Of a stretch of DNA of 64,000 nucleotides, positions 20,727-32,140 are shown piece by piece. How positions within the stretch are numbered: the stretch's first letter is position 1; every line of letters begins with the position of its first letter. The notes beneath the pieces are model-generated. The model did no database searches. It was not told the DNA's origin and saw only the letters and a list, made by a program, of their open reading frames with translations. Both the position numbers and the translations under genes were made by a program. Source of the DNA: Longimicrobiales bacterium (lineage in GTDB: Bacteria; Gemmatimonadota; Gemmatimonadetes; Longimicrobiales; Gaopeijiaceae); NCBI GenBank assembly GCA_965202985.1, contig CBDBCF010000001.1:1248001-1312000 (forward strand). Direction: 5' to 3'.

Positions 20727-23065
20727 GACACCGGCGCCTTGTCGGCGGGCTCCACGCGCAGAACCCACAATCCCGAGTTCAAGTCCGACACGAACACGTG
20801 ACCCTTGAACAGCTGGGGTCCCCACGCCATCGGCGAGTTGGCCACGTGCCCGTCGGGCGTGCCCGTCGGGAACCACGCGATCTCGCGGCCCTGGCGGTAC
20901 AGGTCCCCTCGCAGCTCGCCGGACACGTCCACCACGCGAAGCCCCGCCTGGTAGTAGGCCACGTACATCTTGTCGTCCTCGATCCACAGGTTGTGCGCGC
21001 CGGCCTCGGGCACCTCGTAGCGCGCGACCTCGCGCATCTTCTCGGGGTCCTCCATGTCCAGCACGTGCACGAACCCCCGGGAGCCGTCCCCCGGGTGTCC
21101 GTTGCGCGAAACGCAGTCCTCGCAGCCGAAGATCTCGTCGCCCACGAACAGGTAGCGATGTCCGTCCGCGTTTGTGTACGGGAACGCCACGTGCGTGTTG
21201 CCCTCCGGGTAGGCGTAGCTGCCGACCTCGACCGGCGCGCGCGGAGTGCCGCCCCAGCGGCCGTCGCCGGCGTCCAAGACGTACACGCCGTCGTGCCAGT
21301 ACGACACGTAGGCCATGCCGTCCGACACCCAGATGTCGTGCAGGTACTTGCCCGGCACGTCGATGCCCCAGCGGCCCGCCTCCTCGATGTCGCCGGGGTC
21401 GGACACGTCCAGCACGTGGACTTCGGCGGTGCCGTTGTGAACCGCATACAGGACGTCGCCGTTGAAGAAAACGTTGTGCACGCCGCCGGTGAGCTCCTTG
21501 TCGTAGGTGTCCGCGACCACCGGGTGGCCCGGGTCGGAGATGTCCAGGAGCACGACGCCGTTCTTGCGGTCCGAAGCGCCTTCGCGTGTGATCGCGGCCA
21601 ACGTGGCGTCGGCGTTCACCTTCACGTCGTTCACGACCCGCGCGTCCACTTCCACGAAGTCGGTCAGCACCGGGTTGGCAGGGTTCGTCACGTCCCAAGC
21701 GAGCATTCTTTGGCCCCCGGCGTGCGTGCCGGTGTACACGTAGTCCCGGCCGTCGGCCCCCGTGAACGCCCACAGGTCCGAAGTGGGACGGTCCGCCACC
21801 AAGCCGCGGCCCACCACCGTCGCGCGGTGCTCCATGCCCCGCTCCACGACCTCGATCAGCGCCTGACCCGAGCCGACGCCGGCGGACGCCACGACGCGGT
21901 AGAGTCCGGGCCGCTCCGCCACGAACGCACCGTCGGCGAAGATCGACGCGCCCAAAGCCGTCCGGGTCTGGAACGACGCCACCGAGAACTCCACCAGCGC
22001 GCCCTCCACCGGTTCGTCGGCCTCGTCCTTGGCAACAGCCGAGAAGCGCACCACGTCTCCCGTTCTGGCCCGCGAGCGGCCCACGACCTCCACCGTCGCC
22101 ACGGGGTTGGCCTCGACTTCGAGGTCGATGCTGGCCTCCACGCCTTCCGCCGCGGCCGTGACCTTCAAGGCGCCGGGCCGGAGCGCCCGCAGAAAGCCCC
22201 GTTCGTCCACGGTGGCCAACCGCCGGCGGTTGCTTGCCCAATCGACCTGCACGGCGCTCCGGGGAGACCCGTCCGCCGTCAGTGCCTGGGCCTGAAGCTG
22301 CAGAACCGTGCCGACGAGCAGGCGGACGCCGGGGTCCGCGATCTCCACCGTAGCGACGGGCGGACCCGCCACTACGACGGGCGACGAGAAGGTTCGGACG
22401 ATCGGCGGGCCGGTTCCGCTGGGCGGCGGCGCCCGAATCGCCATGCGCAGTTCGGCTTCGCCCTCCGACAGGCCCTTGATGCGGCCGTCCTCCAGGACCG
22501 CGTGGCGCGACTCGAGGTTGGCCAGGATGCGGACGCCGTGGACAGGCGCGCCGGCGTCGTCGTAGGCGACCATCTTCACGTCGCCGTCGATCGCCATGGA
22601 GACGGAATCGCCCACTTGGACGCGGATCTCCGCCGGCTCGGTCCGCACCACGGCCACGCGCGCGCCGATGCGGACGGCTGCGGAGTATTCGCGTGCCGAC
22701 GGGGGCGGAGGCGGGGCGGCGGCGTTTGCGGCGGCGGAAGCCGGGTCCGCGGGGGGCGCGGATTGGTCGGTGGGCGGGGTGTTTTCGTTCGCGGGCGGCG
22801 CAGCTTGGTCCGTAGGGATCGGCGCCGGGTCCGCGGGGGGTGCGGCAGGGGGCTCGGCTTCGTCGGGCGGGGGCGCGGCGGCCTGGACTTCGTCCGGGGA
22901 CGGCGGGGGCTCGGGAGCCGGCTGGGGCTGGGGTTCCGCCTCCGGCGCTTCCTGAGGTTCGGCGACGGGGGGCGGCAACGGGTCAAGCGTCGCCCTGGAC
23001 GGCGTTCCCGGCGCGCAAGCCGCGACAACGGCGAAAACCAGTACTGCGATTGCGTGTCTCTTCAT
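20723..23065 (-). CDS. LVIVD-repeat lipoprotein with Ig-like domains and Pro/Ala-rich N-terminal linker
   Basis: VVAAC lipobox; Big_2-like WASN..LATVDERG; xxxD(V/I)SDP repeats, HN/HD motifs. Confidence 0.82.
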   Translation of the reverse strand: MKRHAIAVLVFAVVAACAPGTPSRATLDPLPPPVAEPQEAPEAEPQPQPAPEPPPSPDEVQAAAPPPDEAEPPAAPPADPAPIPTDQAAPPANENTPPTDQSAPPADPASAAANAAAPPPPPSAREYSAAVRIGARVAVVRTEPAEIRVQVGDSVSMAIDGDVKMVAYDDAGAPVHGVRILANLESRHAVLEDGRIKGLSEGEAELRMAIRAPPPSGTGPPIVRTFSSPVVVAGPPVATVEIADPGVRLLVGTVLQLQAQALTADGSPRSAVQVDWASNRRRLATVDERGFLRALRPGALKVTAAAEGVEASIDLEVEANPVATVEVVGRSRARTGDVVRFSAVAKDEADEPVEGALVEFSVASFQTRTALGASIFADGAFVAERPGLYRVVASAGVGSGQALIEVVERGMEHRATVVGRGLVADRPTSDLWAFTGADGRDYVYTGTHAGGQRMLAWDVTNPANPVLTDFVEVDARVVNDVKVNADATLAAITREGASDRKNGVVLLDISDPGHPVVADTYDKELTGGVHNVFFNGDVLYAVHNGTAEVHVLDVSDPGDIEEAGRWGIDVPGKYLHDIWVSDGMAYVSYWHDGVYVLDAGDGRWGGTPRAPVEVGSYAYPEGNTHVAFPYTNADGHRYLFVGDEIFGCEDCVSRNGHPGDGSRGFVHVLDMEDPEKMREVARYEVPEAGAHNLWIEDDKMYVAYYQAGLRVVDVSGELRGDLYRQGREIAWFPTGTPDGHVANSPMAWGPQLFKGHVFVSDLNSGLWVLRVEPADKAPVS

Positions 23066-23169
23066 CGTGCTCTCCGCGTTTCAAGAACCGAGCTTGTTAT
23101 CAATATGACGGCGCGCGGCGTCCGAAAAGATGGCGGGCGGTGCGGCGCGCCGGTAGCTTGAAGCCCCTT

Positions 23170-23484
23170 ATGACCGCCTTTTCCGAGCAAGTCTACGCGT
23201 GGGTCAGGAGGATCCCGCCGGGCCGGATCATCAACTACGGAGGCGTGGCCGCGCTGGCCGGCAAGCCCCGGGCCGCGCGCGGGGTCGGGTACGCCTTGAG
23301 CCACCTGCCGCCCGAGACCGACGTGCCTTGGTGGCGCGTGGTGAACCGACGCGGCGCCATCTCGACCTCCCGAGTTGCCGGAACGGCCCAGCGCCAACGG
23401 GCGTTGCTGGAACTAGAAGGGGTCGAGTTCGACGACAAGGGGGAAGCCTCGTGGAAGCGGTTCGGATGGGACCCGTACGAATAG
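23170..23484 (+). CDS. Alkyltransferase-like (ATL/MGMT family) protein
   Basis: IPPGRIINYG, ARGVG, VPWWRVVN (Trp replaces catalytic Cys of PCHR). Confidence 0.9.
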   Translation: MTAFSEQVYAWVRRIPPGRIINYGGVAALAGKPRAARGVGYALSHLPPETDVPWWRVVNRRGAISTSRVAGTAQRQRALLELEGVEFDDKGEASWKRFGWDPYE

Positions 23485-23558
23485 CCGGGCGGGCGGGCGG
23501 TCTTGCCGGCTTGGCGACCGGCGCTCGGCTGGCGGCTGGCGCTCGGCTGGCGGCGGCG

Positions 23559-25745
23559 ATGCGGCTGGCGGTGGGGGCCGCGCTGGCAGCGGCACCGACC
23601 TTGGTCGGCTGCTCCGATCCCGCCTCGGATGCGCTCAGATCGGGGGCGCCCGCCGCCTTTCACCGGGCGTACGCGGAGATCGTTGCCGAAGAGGACGCCC
23701 GCGGGCGGGAGGGGCTGACGCAGGTGCTCCTTTACCTGGAGGGATCCGAGCCGGCGGTGCGGGCCGTAGCCGCGAGGGCGCTGGGGCGGCTGGAAGACCC
23801 TCGACACCTGCCGCGGCTGCAGTCGCCGGCGGCCGATCCCGACCCTGCGGTGCGGGTCGCCGCCGCGCACGCGACGGCCCAGATGGTATTCGGACGCGAT
23901 CCCGGATCGGCGTTGCCGGCGCTGCTGGAGAGGCTCCAAGAAGAGGAAAATCCGGCGGTCCTGGGAGCGCTGGCGAGCGCATTGGGCCGCATCGAGACCC
24001 GAACGCCGGATGCTCGGGAGGCGGCCGCAGCGGGACTGGGGCTGGTCGCCAAGCGCCTGCTGCAACCGGCCGACGGAGGCCCGTTGCCGGACCCGGAGTT
24101 GGCGGGCCGCACTGGCTTGGCGCGGGGCCTGGAGGCGTTCGCGCGACAGGGCGGGCCGCCCTTGGCTGCATGGACGGCGGCGGCCCGGTCGCTGGCCGTC
24201 CTGGCCGACTCGACGCGAGAGCGGGACGCGGCCCGGATCCGGCGGTTGGCCTTGGCGGCCCTGGCGCGCGCCGGAGCCTTGCCGCCCGAGTTGGCGCTGT
24301 CGGGCGCGGCGAGCTCCGACTGGGGCGTCCGGCGACAGGTCTTGGTCGCGGCAGCTCGTTCGGACCCGGACCGGCTGGAGCCCGCGTTGGCCCAGGCCGT
24401 GAACACGGGCTTGGTCGATCCCGATCCGCGAGTCAGGGTGGAAGCGTTGCGGGCCTACGATCGGCATCTGCGCCCTCAGGACGGGTGCGGCCCCATCTTC
24501 AATGCGCTCGCCGACCCGAACCCTCACGTCTCGGCCACCGCCGCCGGTCTTGCGGCCCGCCCTTGCCCGAACGTCGAGGGTCAGCGGGCCGCGCTGCGCG
24601 AACGACTGGCCGGGCTGGACCGTTCGCGTGCGGACTGGCGCGGTCCGGCGCAGGCCCTCGCCGCGCTTGCAGCCTTGGCGCCCGAAACCCCCCAGACGGC
24701 CCAGGGCATCGCACGCCTCGAGTCCCACGAATCGCCGTTCGCACGTGCGTGGGCAGCCCGCGCCGCCGCCTTGGTCCGCGATCAAGCGACGCTCCGCCGG
24801 CTGGCCGGCGACCGGGACTTCAACGTGCGCACGGCGGCTTTGGAGGGATTGGGCGCCGTGGCCGGCAGTGCGGCTTGGGACGTCTATGCGGCCCAGTTGG
24901 ACGCCCCCGACCCGCTGCTGGTCATGACGGCCGTACGCCTGTTGACGGAACACGTCCCGCCCGCCGAAGCCGCGCCCCCGGGAGCCGCGCCGCCCGAGGA
25001 CGATGCCGCGCCGACTTCCTTGCCCGCCCAGACCGCGACGCCCGCCATGCTGGCCGCGCTGGATCGCTTCACCGCCACGGGCCGAGAGACCGTGCGGGAC
25101 GTGCGCCTTGCGCTCCTTGACGGCATCGACGCGGCAGGCGGCGCTCCTCGGATCGCCCTGGAGCCCTACTTGACCGACTTCGACTCTGCGGTGGCGGCAC
25201 GTGCCGCAGCGCTGGTCGGCCCCGACGCAACGCCCCGGCCCCGACCGCTGTCCCGCGCCGCGACGCCGGACGCCGCTCGTCTGGCTTGGCTGGAAGGCGC
25301 CTCGGTGGTGCTGCGCATGGAGGGGCTGGGCGACATCGTGATCGCGCTCCGACCGGACTTGGCCGCCACAAACGCGCATCGCTTCGCCCGTCTGGTCGAA
25401 GAAGGCTACTTCGACGGCCTGACCTTTCACCGCGTGGAGCCCAACTTCGTGATCCAGGGGGGCAGCCCCCACGCCAACGAGTACGCCGGCGACGGCCCCT
25501 ACACGCGGGACGAGATCAGCGCGCAACCCCACTGGAGAGGCACGGTGGGCCTTTCCACGCGCGGCAGGGACACCGGCGACGCCCAGATATTCGTCAACTT
25601 GGTGGACAACGTTCGGCTGGACTTCAACTACACCATCTTCGGCGAGGTCGTGGAGGGCATGGACATCGTGGACGCCGGTCAAGAGGGGGCAGTGATCCTG
25701 GAGGCCCGCTTGGCGGTCGGGGCCGGCGGAGAGACTGCTCGGTGA
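23559..25745 (+). CDS. HEAT-repeat + cyclophilin-type peptidyl-prolyl isomerase lipoprotein
   Basis: LVGC lipobox; DPDPxVR HEAT repeats; FHRVEPNFVIQGG, YTIFGEVVEG. Confidence 0.9.
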   Translation: MRLAVGAALAAAPTLVGCSDPASDALRSGAPAAFHRAYAEIVAEEDARGREGLTQVLLYLEGSEPAVRAVAARALGRLEDPRHLPRLQSPAADPDPAVRVAAAHATAQMVFGRDPGSALPALLERLQEEENPAVLGALASALGRIETRTPDAREAAAAGLGLVAKRLLQPADGGPLPDPELAGRTGLARGLEAFARQGGPPLAAWTAAARSLAVLADSTRERDAARIRRLALAALARAGALPPELALSGAASSDWGVRRQVLVAAARSDPDRLEPALAQAVNTGLVDPDPRVRVEALRAYDRHLRPQDGCGPIFNALADPNPHVSATAAGLAARPCPNVEGQRAALRERLAGLDRSRADWRGPAQALAALAALAPETPQTAQGIARLESHESPFARAWAARAAALVRDQATLRRLAGDRDFNVRTAALEGLGAVAGSAAWDVYAAQLDAPDPLLVMTAVRLLTEHVPPAEAAPPGAAPPEDDAAPTSLPAQTATPAMLAALDRFTATGRETVRDVRLALLDGIDAAGGAPRIALEPYLTDFDSAVAARAAALVGPDATPRPRPLSRAATPDAARLAWLEGASVVLRMEGLGDIVIALRPDLAATNAHRFARLVEEGYFDGLTFHRVEPNFVIQGGSPHANEYAGDGPYTRDEISAQPHWRGTVGLSTRGRDTGDAQIFVNLVDNVRLDFNYTIFGEVVEGMDIVDAGQEGAVILEARLAVGAGGETAR

Positions 25746-28700
25746 AGACTCCGACGACGAGGCCGACAAGGAAGGTCTTGGCCCGGAGCAGACAGTCGGC
25801 GCCTCCGGCGAGAGTGGTCGTGGTTGCGGCGGGACCGGCGGCATCCCCGGCGGGAGTGGTGGCGCTTCCGGCGGGAGCGGCGGCGCCTCTGGCGGGACCG
25901 GCCGTCGCCACGGCGCTTGCGCTGGTCCTGCTGGCGGGGTTTGGCACGGCTCGGCCTGTCGCGGGTCAGGACGGGGAGGTCCCGGATTTCGACTTGGCGT
26001 CGCTGTTCGTCCACGCGCCCGGCGAGGGCAACGGCAACCTGCTGCTGGACGAGAACGAGGACGGCGTGCCCGACCGCCTGGGCGTCGCCTTCGTGATGGC
26101 CGCGGAGCCGTCCGGCGCGGAGAGCATGGCGGCGGCGGAGATCGCGGCCCGCCTGGGCTTCGAGACGATGGCGCTGGACCTGCCGTTGGCGCGGATCGTC
26201 GGCGCGCGGCCAGGGGGCGAGGGCGAGCGGATGCTGGATGCTGGAAGCGAAGGCGGGGGCGAGCGCGGAGCCGGGACGGGGGCGGACGAACTTGGCGTCA
26301 GGATCGTGATCGGGCGGCGCGCCTTGACGGAAGCGGGGCTGGCGTGGACCGCGTTCGGGGCGCCCGAACCCGCACCGGGCGAAGGCGCAGTGGCGACGCT
26401 GACCACTGGCGGAGTTCGTTGGCTGGCCGTGGCCGGCGGGAACGACGACGGCCTCCTTCGCGCAGCGAGGACGCTGGCGGGCGCGCTGCCGTGGGTCGGC
26501 GACCCGTCGGGACCGTCTCTTGAAGAGATCGGCGACGAGCTGGTCGGTTGGCTGGAGGGCGATCCGGACGCCGACCCCGAGTCGGCCGGGGATGTCCAAA
26601 CGGAGGCCGGGGCAGGCTCGGAGGCTGAGGCCGCTGAGGCTGAGGCTGCATCGGCCAGCCCGGCCTTTGCCTGGGCCGTGGCGGACGTGGACGGCAACCT
26701 GCTGTTGGGCGCCCGGTTGGAGTTCCCTGTCCCAACCGACGCCGACGACGCCTTTCAGCGGCTGGAGCGCTTGGCGGCGTCACGAACCGCGCCCGGAAGC
26801 CCGCCGCACGAGGCCGACTCCCTGGTGCTGCGGTTCGCGGGCGTGTCGTCCGTGGTCCTGTCGAGCGGAGACCGGGAGGTGTCGCTTCCGACCCTGGCTT
26901 CGCCCCCGCCTCCGGGGCCGATTGCAGGCCGTCCGGGCTCGGGCGCAAAGTCCGAGATGGACCTGTCCAACGTCTATTCGACGGCCGGGTTCCTGGCCGA
27001 CTCCGACGGCAACGAGATCCCCGACCGCATCGACGTGCTGCTCGTCCCCGACGCGGGTGCCCGCGGGGTCGTGGAGCTGGCGGCGCGCCTGGGCTTGGAG
27101 TCGACCGGGCTGACAGTGCCCCTGCTCAAACGCCCGGACGAGATCGAGTCCCCCGCCGGCGAGCCCACCACCGTGCTGCTTGGCACGCCCGAGGCGCATC
27201 CCTTGATCGCCCGGCTGGCCGACAGCGGCAGCATCTCTCTGGACGGTCTGGCACCGGGTCAGGGCCTAATCGAACTGGTGCCGCGCGCGTTCGGCGACAA
27301 GCCCAGCCTGGTAGCGACAGGAGCGGACCGCGCCGGCGCAACGCGAGCGACGCGCCAGCTGGCGGCAGTCTTCCCTTACGTGGACCGGCTCGGCCGTCGG
27401 ACGGAACTCGACCGCGTCCCCACGTTCGACCAGATCGAGCGCGACCTCTGGGGTGCGCTTTCGGGGCGGACGCCGGCGGGCCAAGCCGCGATCGGTCTCT
27501 ACAAGCTGGACCGGATCGCGGCCTCGTTGGCAGGTGAAGGGATCGCTCGGGCGGAAGTGCTGGTGTCGCTGGAGAAGCCGGACGACAGCATCTCGGGCGA
27601 CAGCGCTTCAGGCGGGGCGTACGCGGCGCTCGTGCGCGAGCGGGCGGCGGCAATTGGCGCGGACAGCTTGGTCGTGTCCATAGACGACCGGGACGTGCAG
27701 GCGGCCGGGACGATCTTCGAGGACGTCTTCGAGGCGCCGTCGGAGGTGGACCGGTTCTGGACCGTCTTCGAGGAGCGCGTCGAGGGCATGGCACCGCCCG
27801 GTGCGCCGGTGTGGATGAAGGCTCGACTGTCGGAGCCGCCGGAGGTCCGCCGGGCAATCGCCCAGGAAGCACGCCGACGGCTGTTGGAAGCGGGGGCCGA
27901 CCCGGAGGCCACGCAGGTCCAGGTCCTGTCCGCGTTCAAGCAGGGGTTCTCGTGGCTGCGCGAATCGGTGGGGCCTCGGCTCGCCGATGCCGGCGCGGGT
28001 GCGCATCCGGACCAGATCGTGATCGAGTTTCTGCGGAACGAACCGCCCGCCCAGTGGCCCCAGCAGGCCATTCACACGCCCCTCCGCTGGCTTCACGAGA
28101 TCTTCCCCATCGACGAGGTGCTGGCCCAGGACTTGGGGCTGGAAGCGGGGCAGGTGCGCTTCGAGATGGTGGATTCCGGTCCCGCGTACCGAGTTCGCGC
28201 ATTGGCGTCGGACGGACGGACGCTGCTGGAAGACGTGTTCGAGCCCAAATGGGTGCTGCGCCCGTACTTCGATCGCTTCCGCGACTACGAGCAGGTTCGG
28301 GTCACCACCGGCTGGATCACCGCCGTGGCGGGCGACGGCGCGCAGGCGGACACGCTGGCGGACGAGCGCATCGTCACGGACCCGGAGTGGTTCTGGGATC
28401 GGTACCAATCGCGCACGCTGCCGGCAGTCTACGACTACGTCATGGATCGCCACCAAGGGAACCCTCGGGGCGGCGCCGCCGACGCCCCCTTCTTCGGCAC
28501 GCTCACGGTGGAGCTGGAGATGAGCGAGCCCGACTACAGGCTGGGCGTGGACAACGAGATCGTTTCGCCCATGGACGCGCTCCACGAAGAGGTCTACTTC
28601 GGGACGATCGAGTTCTTCCACTTGATCGGCCGAAACGCCCGTGGGCAGGACCTGACCTATCCGGGACGGATCGTTCCGATCATGCGCCCCAGGAGCACGG

Positions 28701-30475
28701 GCGGCGACCCTGGCGGCAACTCGAACCCGGGTGCGATCAGCCTTGCCGACGCCGGCGGGCCGATCCATGGCCGGATCCGTCTGACCGGCTTCGCCACCAG
28801 CCGCCCCGCGGTCGTCGTGCGCTACGAAACCAGGGACGGCCGCAAGGGCGAACGTCGGCTCGACATACCCAGGATCGACATGGAGCGGCCCAGCTTGCGA
28901 CGGGCGGTCCTGGCGCCCGGCAACGCGGCGGCGAACGATACACGGCCGAACGACGGGCGGGCGGCGGACGCACTGGCAGACGACGCCCCGGCAGACAGTG
29001 CTCCGAGGGACGACGCACCGGCCCTTTCCCGTCTCGACTTCCGTGTGCGGGTGGATTCGGAGATGGATGAACGGGACGCTCTGCTTCAGTTGGCGCGTCC
29101 CGAGCAAGTGGACGAGCGCATGATCTCGGCCCAGCAGGTGGCCGCCACCATGGCCAACCTGGCGACCCTGCGACGGGCGGGCGTCCACGCCGGCGCGCTG
29201 GCCTACGCACACGTCGGCGAGATCGGAGTCTGGGCGGAATGGACGCACGAGCAGGACCCGGAGGCCCGCACCGTGGCCGTGCTGCCCGCCAACGGCGCTC
29301 CCGAACAGTCGCCGGTCTGGTCCGACCTGCTGCCCGACGGATGGACATGGGACGGTAGCCGCATCGTGCAGTGGGACACGCCGATTCCGCCGGACGAAGG
29401 CCACCAGATGCTGGCCAAGATGAGCGCCGCCTTCGAACACGCGACGATGTATCGCATCGGCGAGAGCTACCTGGGCCGCACCACCTGGGCCGCCGACCTG
29501 ATGCCGCCCGTCGCCGCCACGCATTGGTCCCGGGCCAAAGCCACCACCTTCAAGCCCACGGTCGTCTACTCGGCGCGGCAGCACGCCAACGAGGTCTCGT
29601 CCACCAGTCACGTGCTCCGCCACGCCGAACTGCTCCTCACCGACGCGGTCCAGCGCCGCAAGCTGAACAAGGTCAACGTGATCGTGCACCCCTTCACCAA
29701 CCCCGACGGCGCCCAGCTGGCCTACAACCTGTATCGGATCACGCCCGACTTCATCCTTCATGCGGGTTACCTGGGCGCGCTGGGCATGGACGCCACCTCC
29801 GGATCGGGCCAGGACTTTCCCCTCTACCCCGAGGCTCGCGTCCGACCGCGCATTTGGGAAGCGTGGCTGCCCGACATCTTCCTCAACCCGCACGGCTATC
29901 CCAGCCATCAAGTCGTCCAGCTCTTCTCCGAATACTCGGGACTGGTTCGGCGCGGGCGCGTCACGGAGCGCAACTGGGGCTTCAACAAGGGCTGGTTCAT
30001 GCCCGGATTCGGCTACGTGGACGACCCCGAATTTCCGCGCCACAAGGACGCCGCCTTCAAGATCCGCGAGTACATTACGCGGGCGATCAACGCCAACCGC
30101 GACGTCTTCGAGATGAACCAGCGCAACTACGACCGCTATCGACGGTACGGCGCCGCGTTCGACCCGGAGGTCTTCCGCTTGCCGATGACCGACAGCGTGC
30201 TGATCGAGATGCCGCTCAAGGGTTCGCGGGGCGGGGACCAGGGCCGCGGCGGCTTCAACCCCAAGGTCACGATCTGGAGCGGGATCACCGAGGCCCCCGA
30301 CGAGACCGCCCACGGTCCATGGATGGAGCTGGTGGCAAAGGCCGGTCTATCGTGGGACCAAGCGATCCTGGACTACTTGCACGACGGCGCCCACCGCGTG
30401 GAGCGCACGGGCACGCGGTTCTTCGGAGGCACAACCATGAAGATGGCGCGCGACCGCCCGCCGAAGCCGGAATGA
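25742..30475 (+). CDS. Large secreted M14 zinc carboxypeptidase-domain protein
   Basis: RQHANE (HxxE), NPDG, NPHG; start about GTG 25742 overlapping upstream stop. Confidence 0.82.
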   Translation: MKTPTTRPTRKVLARSRQSAPPARVVVVAAGPAASPAGVVALPAGAAAPLAGPAVATALALVLLAGFGTARPVAGQDGEVPDFDLASLFVHAPGEGNGNLLLDENEDGVPDRLGVAFVMAAEPSGAESMAAAEIAARLGFETMALDLPLARIVGARPGGEGERMLDAGSEGGGERGAGTGADELGVRIVIGRRALTEAGLAWTAFGAPEPAPGEGAVATLTTGGVRWLAVAGGNDDGLLRAARTLAGALPWVGDPSGPSLEEIGDELVGWLEGDPDADPESAGDVQTEAGAGSEAEAAEAEAASASPAFAWAVADVDGNLLLGARLEFPVPTDADDAFQRLERLAASRTAPGSPPHEADSLVLRFAGVSSVVLSSGDREVSLPTLASPPPPGPIAGRPGSGAKSEMDLSNVYSTAGFLADSDGNEIPDRIDVLLVPDAGARGVVELAARLGLESTGLTVPLLKRPDEIESPAGEPTTVLLGTPEAHPLIARLADSGSISLDGLAPGQGLIELVPRAFGDKPSLVATGADRAGATRATRQLAAVFPYVDRLGRRTELDRVPTFDQIERDLWGALSGRTPAGQAAIGLYKLDRIAASLAGEGIARAEVLVSLEKPDDSISGDSASGGAYAALVRERAAAIGADSLVVSIDDRDVQAAGTIFEDVFEAPSEVDRFWTVFEERVEGMAPPGAPVWMKARLSEPPEVRRAIAQEARRRLLEAGADPEATQVQVLSAFKQGFSWLRESVGPRLADAGAGAHPDQIVIEFLRNEPPAQWPQQAIHTPLRWLHEIFPIDEVLAQDLGLEAGQVRFEMVDSGPAYRVRALASDGRTLLEDVFEPKWVLRPYFDRFRDYEQVRVTTGWITAVAGDGAQADTLADERIVTDPEWFWDRYQSRTLPAVYDYVMDRHQGNPRGGAADAPFFGTLTVELEMSEPDYRLGVDNEIVSPMDALHEEVYFGTIEFFHLIGRNARGQDLTYPGRIVPIMRPRSTGGDPGGNSNPGAISLADAGGPIHGRIRLTGFATSRPAVVVRYETRDGRKGERRLDIPRIDMERPSLRRAVLAPGNAAANDTRPNDGRAADALADDAPADSAPRDDAPALSRLDFRVRVDSEMDERDALLQLARPEQVDERMISAQQVAATMANLATLRRAGVHAGALAYAHVGEIGVWAEWTHEQDPEARTVAVLPANGAPEQSPVWSDLLPDGWTWDGSRIVQWDTPIPPDEGHQMLAKMSAAFEHATMYRIGESYLGRTTWAADLMPPVAATHWSRAKATTFKPTVVYSARQHANEVSSTSHVLRHAELLLTDAVQRRKLNKVNVIVHPFTNPDGAQLAYNLYRITPDFILHAGYLGALGMDATSGSGQDFPLYPEARVRPRIWEAWLPDIFLNPHGYPSHQVVQLFSEYSGLVRRGRVTERNWGFNKGWFMPGFGYVDDPEFPRHKDAAFKIREYITRAINANRDVFEMNQRNYDRYRRYGAAFDPEVFRLPMTDSVLIEMPLKGSRGGDQGRGGFNPKVTIWSGITEAPDETAHGPWMELVAKAGLSWDQAILDYLHDGAHRVERTGTRFFGGTTMKMARDRPPKPE

Positions 30476-30822
30476 CGCAAGACACCATCTTCGCAAGGAT
30501 CGTGAAGGGCGAGATCCCTGCCGACATCGTGTATCAGGACGACTTGGTCACGGCGTTTCGCGACATTGCGCCGCAAGCGCCGACCCACGTCCTCGTCGTG
30601 CCCAACAAATCGCTGCCCACCGTGGCCGACGCCGCGCAGGACGACGAGGCGGTGCTGGGCCGCATGGTGCGCGTGGCCGCCAAGGTCGCCGAAAGCGAGG
30701 GGATCGCCCGAGACGGCTATCGCCTCATGATCAACTGTCGCGACCACGGAGGCCAAGAAGTCTACCACCTGCACCTGCATCTACTGGGCGGCCGTCCGTT
30801 GGGGCCTATGCTCGCCAAGTAG
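30472..30822 (+). CDS. HIT family nucleotide-binding protein (HinT-like)
   Basis: MTQDTIF..., [14 protein letters not shown] histidine triad. Confidence 0.95.
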   Translation: MTQDTIFARIVKGEIPADIVYQDDLVTAFRDIAPQAPTHVLVVPNKSLPTVADAAQDDEAVLGRMVRVAAKVAESEGIARDGYRLMINCRDHGGQEVYHLHLHLLGGRPLGPMLAK

Positions 30823-32059
30823 AGCGGAACCGGGACGGCGAAAACGGCGAGAGGTCCACCTCCGAGCGCCCCTCCAGCATCTCTTGCGCCAGCGCCCAGC
30901 CCGTGCTCGGCGCCAGCGTCACGCCCGACATCTGGTGGCCGGTGTTCACGTACACGTTGGTGCGCGCGGACAACCGACCGACCACCGGCAGCGTGTCGGG
31001 CGCCATGGGCCGCATGCCCACCCACTCCGCGCCGCCGGTCGCGGCCTCGGGAACGTCCACCCACCGCGCCACGCCCCGGCGAACCGCCCTCAACCGCCGG
31101 GGGTCCATCCGACAGTTGACGCCGGACAGCTCCATGGTGCCGCCGAATCGCAGTGCGCCGGCGAACGGCGTCATCACGATCTTGTCTTCTCCCAGCAGCA
31201 AGGGCTGGCGCAACTGCTTGCGCGGCTCGTCGATGGTCACCGAATAGCCCTTCCCGGCGGTCAAGGGAATAGCCTGACCGGCCGCCCGCGCCAAAGAACC
31301 GGTCTCGGCCCCCGCGGCCAGCACCACGGCGTCGGCCTCCATGGGACCCTCGCTGGTGACCAACGCCCGCACCGTGTCGTCCGCTGTCGCAAAGCCAAAG
31401 ACCGACACGCCCTCGTGCAGCTCCACGCCGGCGTCGCGCAGCCCCTGGGCCAGCCCCGCCGTGAGACTTTCGGGACGCGCGTGCGCATCCGAGTCCACGA
31501 AGAGGCCCCCGCTGAACCCCGGCCGCAGCAACGGTTCCCGCTCGTACAAGTCGTCGCGGCCCAGCACCGCGCAACGGGCGACTCCCAACGCTGCCGCGGC
31601 TTCCACTTCGGACCGAGCGGCCGCCGCCTTTGCCGGGCTTCGGTAGGCCATCAGAATGCCGGAGCGCGCGAATTCGAACGCCACGCCGTCGTCGGCCAGC
31701 TCGTCGTAGCGCTCCATGGTGTGCATGTTGAGCGACGCCATGGCACGAAGGCCGTGGTCGAACGCCGCCTTTGTGCAGTGGGCGCGAAAGCGGAGCAGCC
31801 AAGGCGCCAAGCGGGGCAGCGCGGCGGGCCGGATGTACAAGGGACTGCCCGGCCGCAGCAGCCGAAGAAGCGACCCCACGGTCAACGCCGGCGAGGCCAC
31901 CGGCGACGAGATCGAAGGGCAGACCCAGCCGCCGTTGCCCCAGGAGCAGCCGCTGCCCGCCGTCCGCGATTCGACGACGAACGGATCGGCGCCCAGGCGC
32001 TTCAAGTACCAGGCGGTCGCCAAGCCGACGACGCCTCCGCCCACGACGCCTACGCGCAT
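30806..32059 (-). CDS. D-amino acid dehydrogenase-like FAD oxidoreductase (DadA family)
   Basis: [35 protein letters not shown]. Confidence 0.87.
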   Translation of the reverse strand: MRVGVVGGGVVGLATAWYLKRLGADPFVVESRTAGSGCSWGNGGWVCPSISSPVASPALTVGSLLRLLRPGSPLYIRPAALPRLAPWLLRFRAHCTKAAFDHGLRAMASLNMHTMERYDELADDGVAFEFARSGILMAYRSPAKAAAARSEVEAAAALGVARCAVLGRDDLYEREPLLRPGFSGGLFVDSDAHARPESLTAGLAQGLRDAGVELHEGVSVFGFATADDTVRALVTSEGPMEADAVVLAAGAETGSLARAAGQAIPLTAGKGYSVTIDEPRKQLRQPLLLGEDKIVMTPFAGALRFGGTMELSGVNCRMDPRRLRAVRRGVARWVDVPEAATGGAEWVGMRPMAPDTLPVVGRLSARTNVYVNTGHQMSGVTLAPSTGWALAQEMLEGRSEVDLSPFSPSRFRSTWRA

Positions 32060-32140
32060 CGTCGGTCCACGCAGCGCACGGACGGCCTCGGCCTCTCGAC
32101 GGCCTCGGTGCCCCAACGGCCTCAGCGCGCCGCGACGGCC

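Noticed and set aside
22690..22980. Pro/Ala-rich repeats in the LVIVD lipoprotein as a distinct domain
   Set aside because: Low-complexity tether after the lipobox; covered by the general duplication pattern
23235..30313. Very long antisense ORFs (869 aa, 901 aa; similarly 45901-48237, 15585-17672, 20678-23161)
   Set aside because: Shadow frames of real high-GC genes; no motifs, and the opposite strand has clear family signatures
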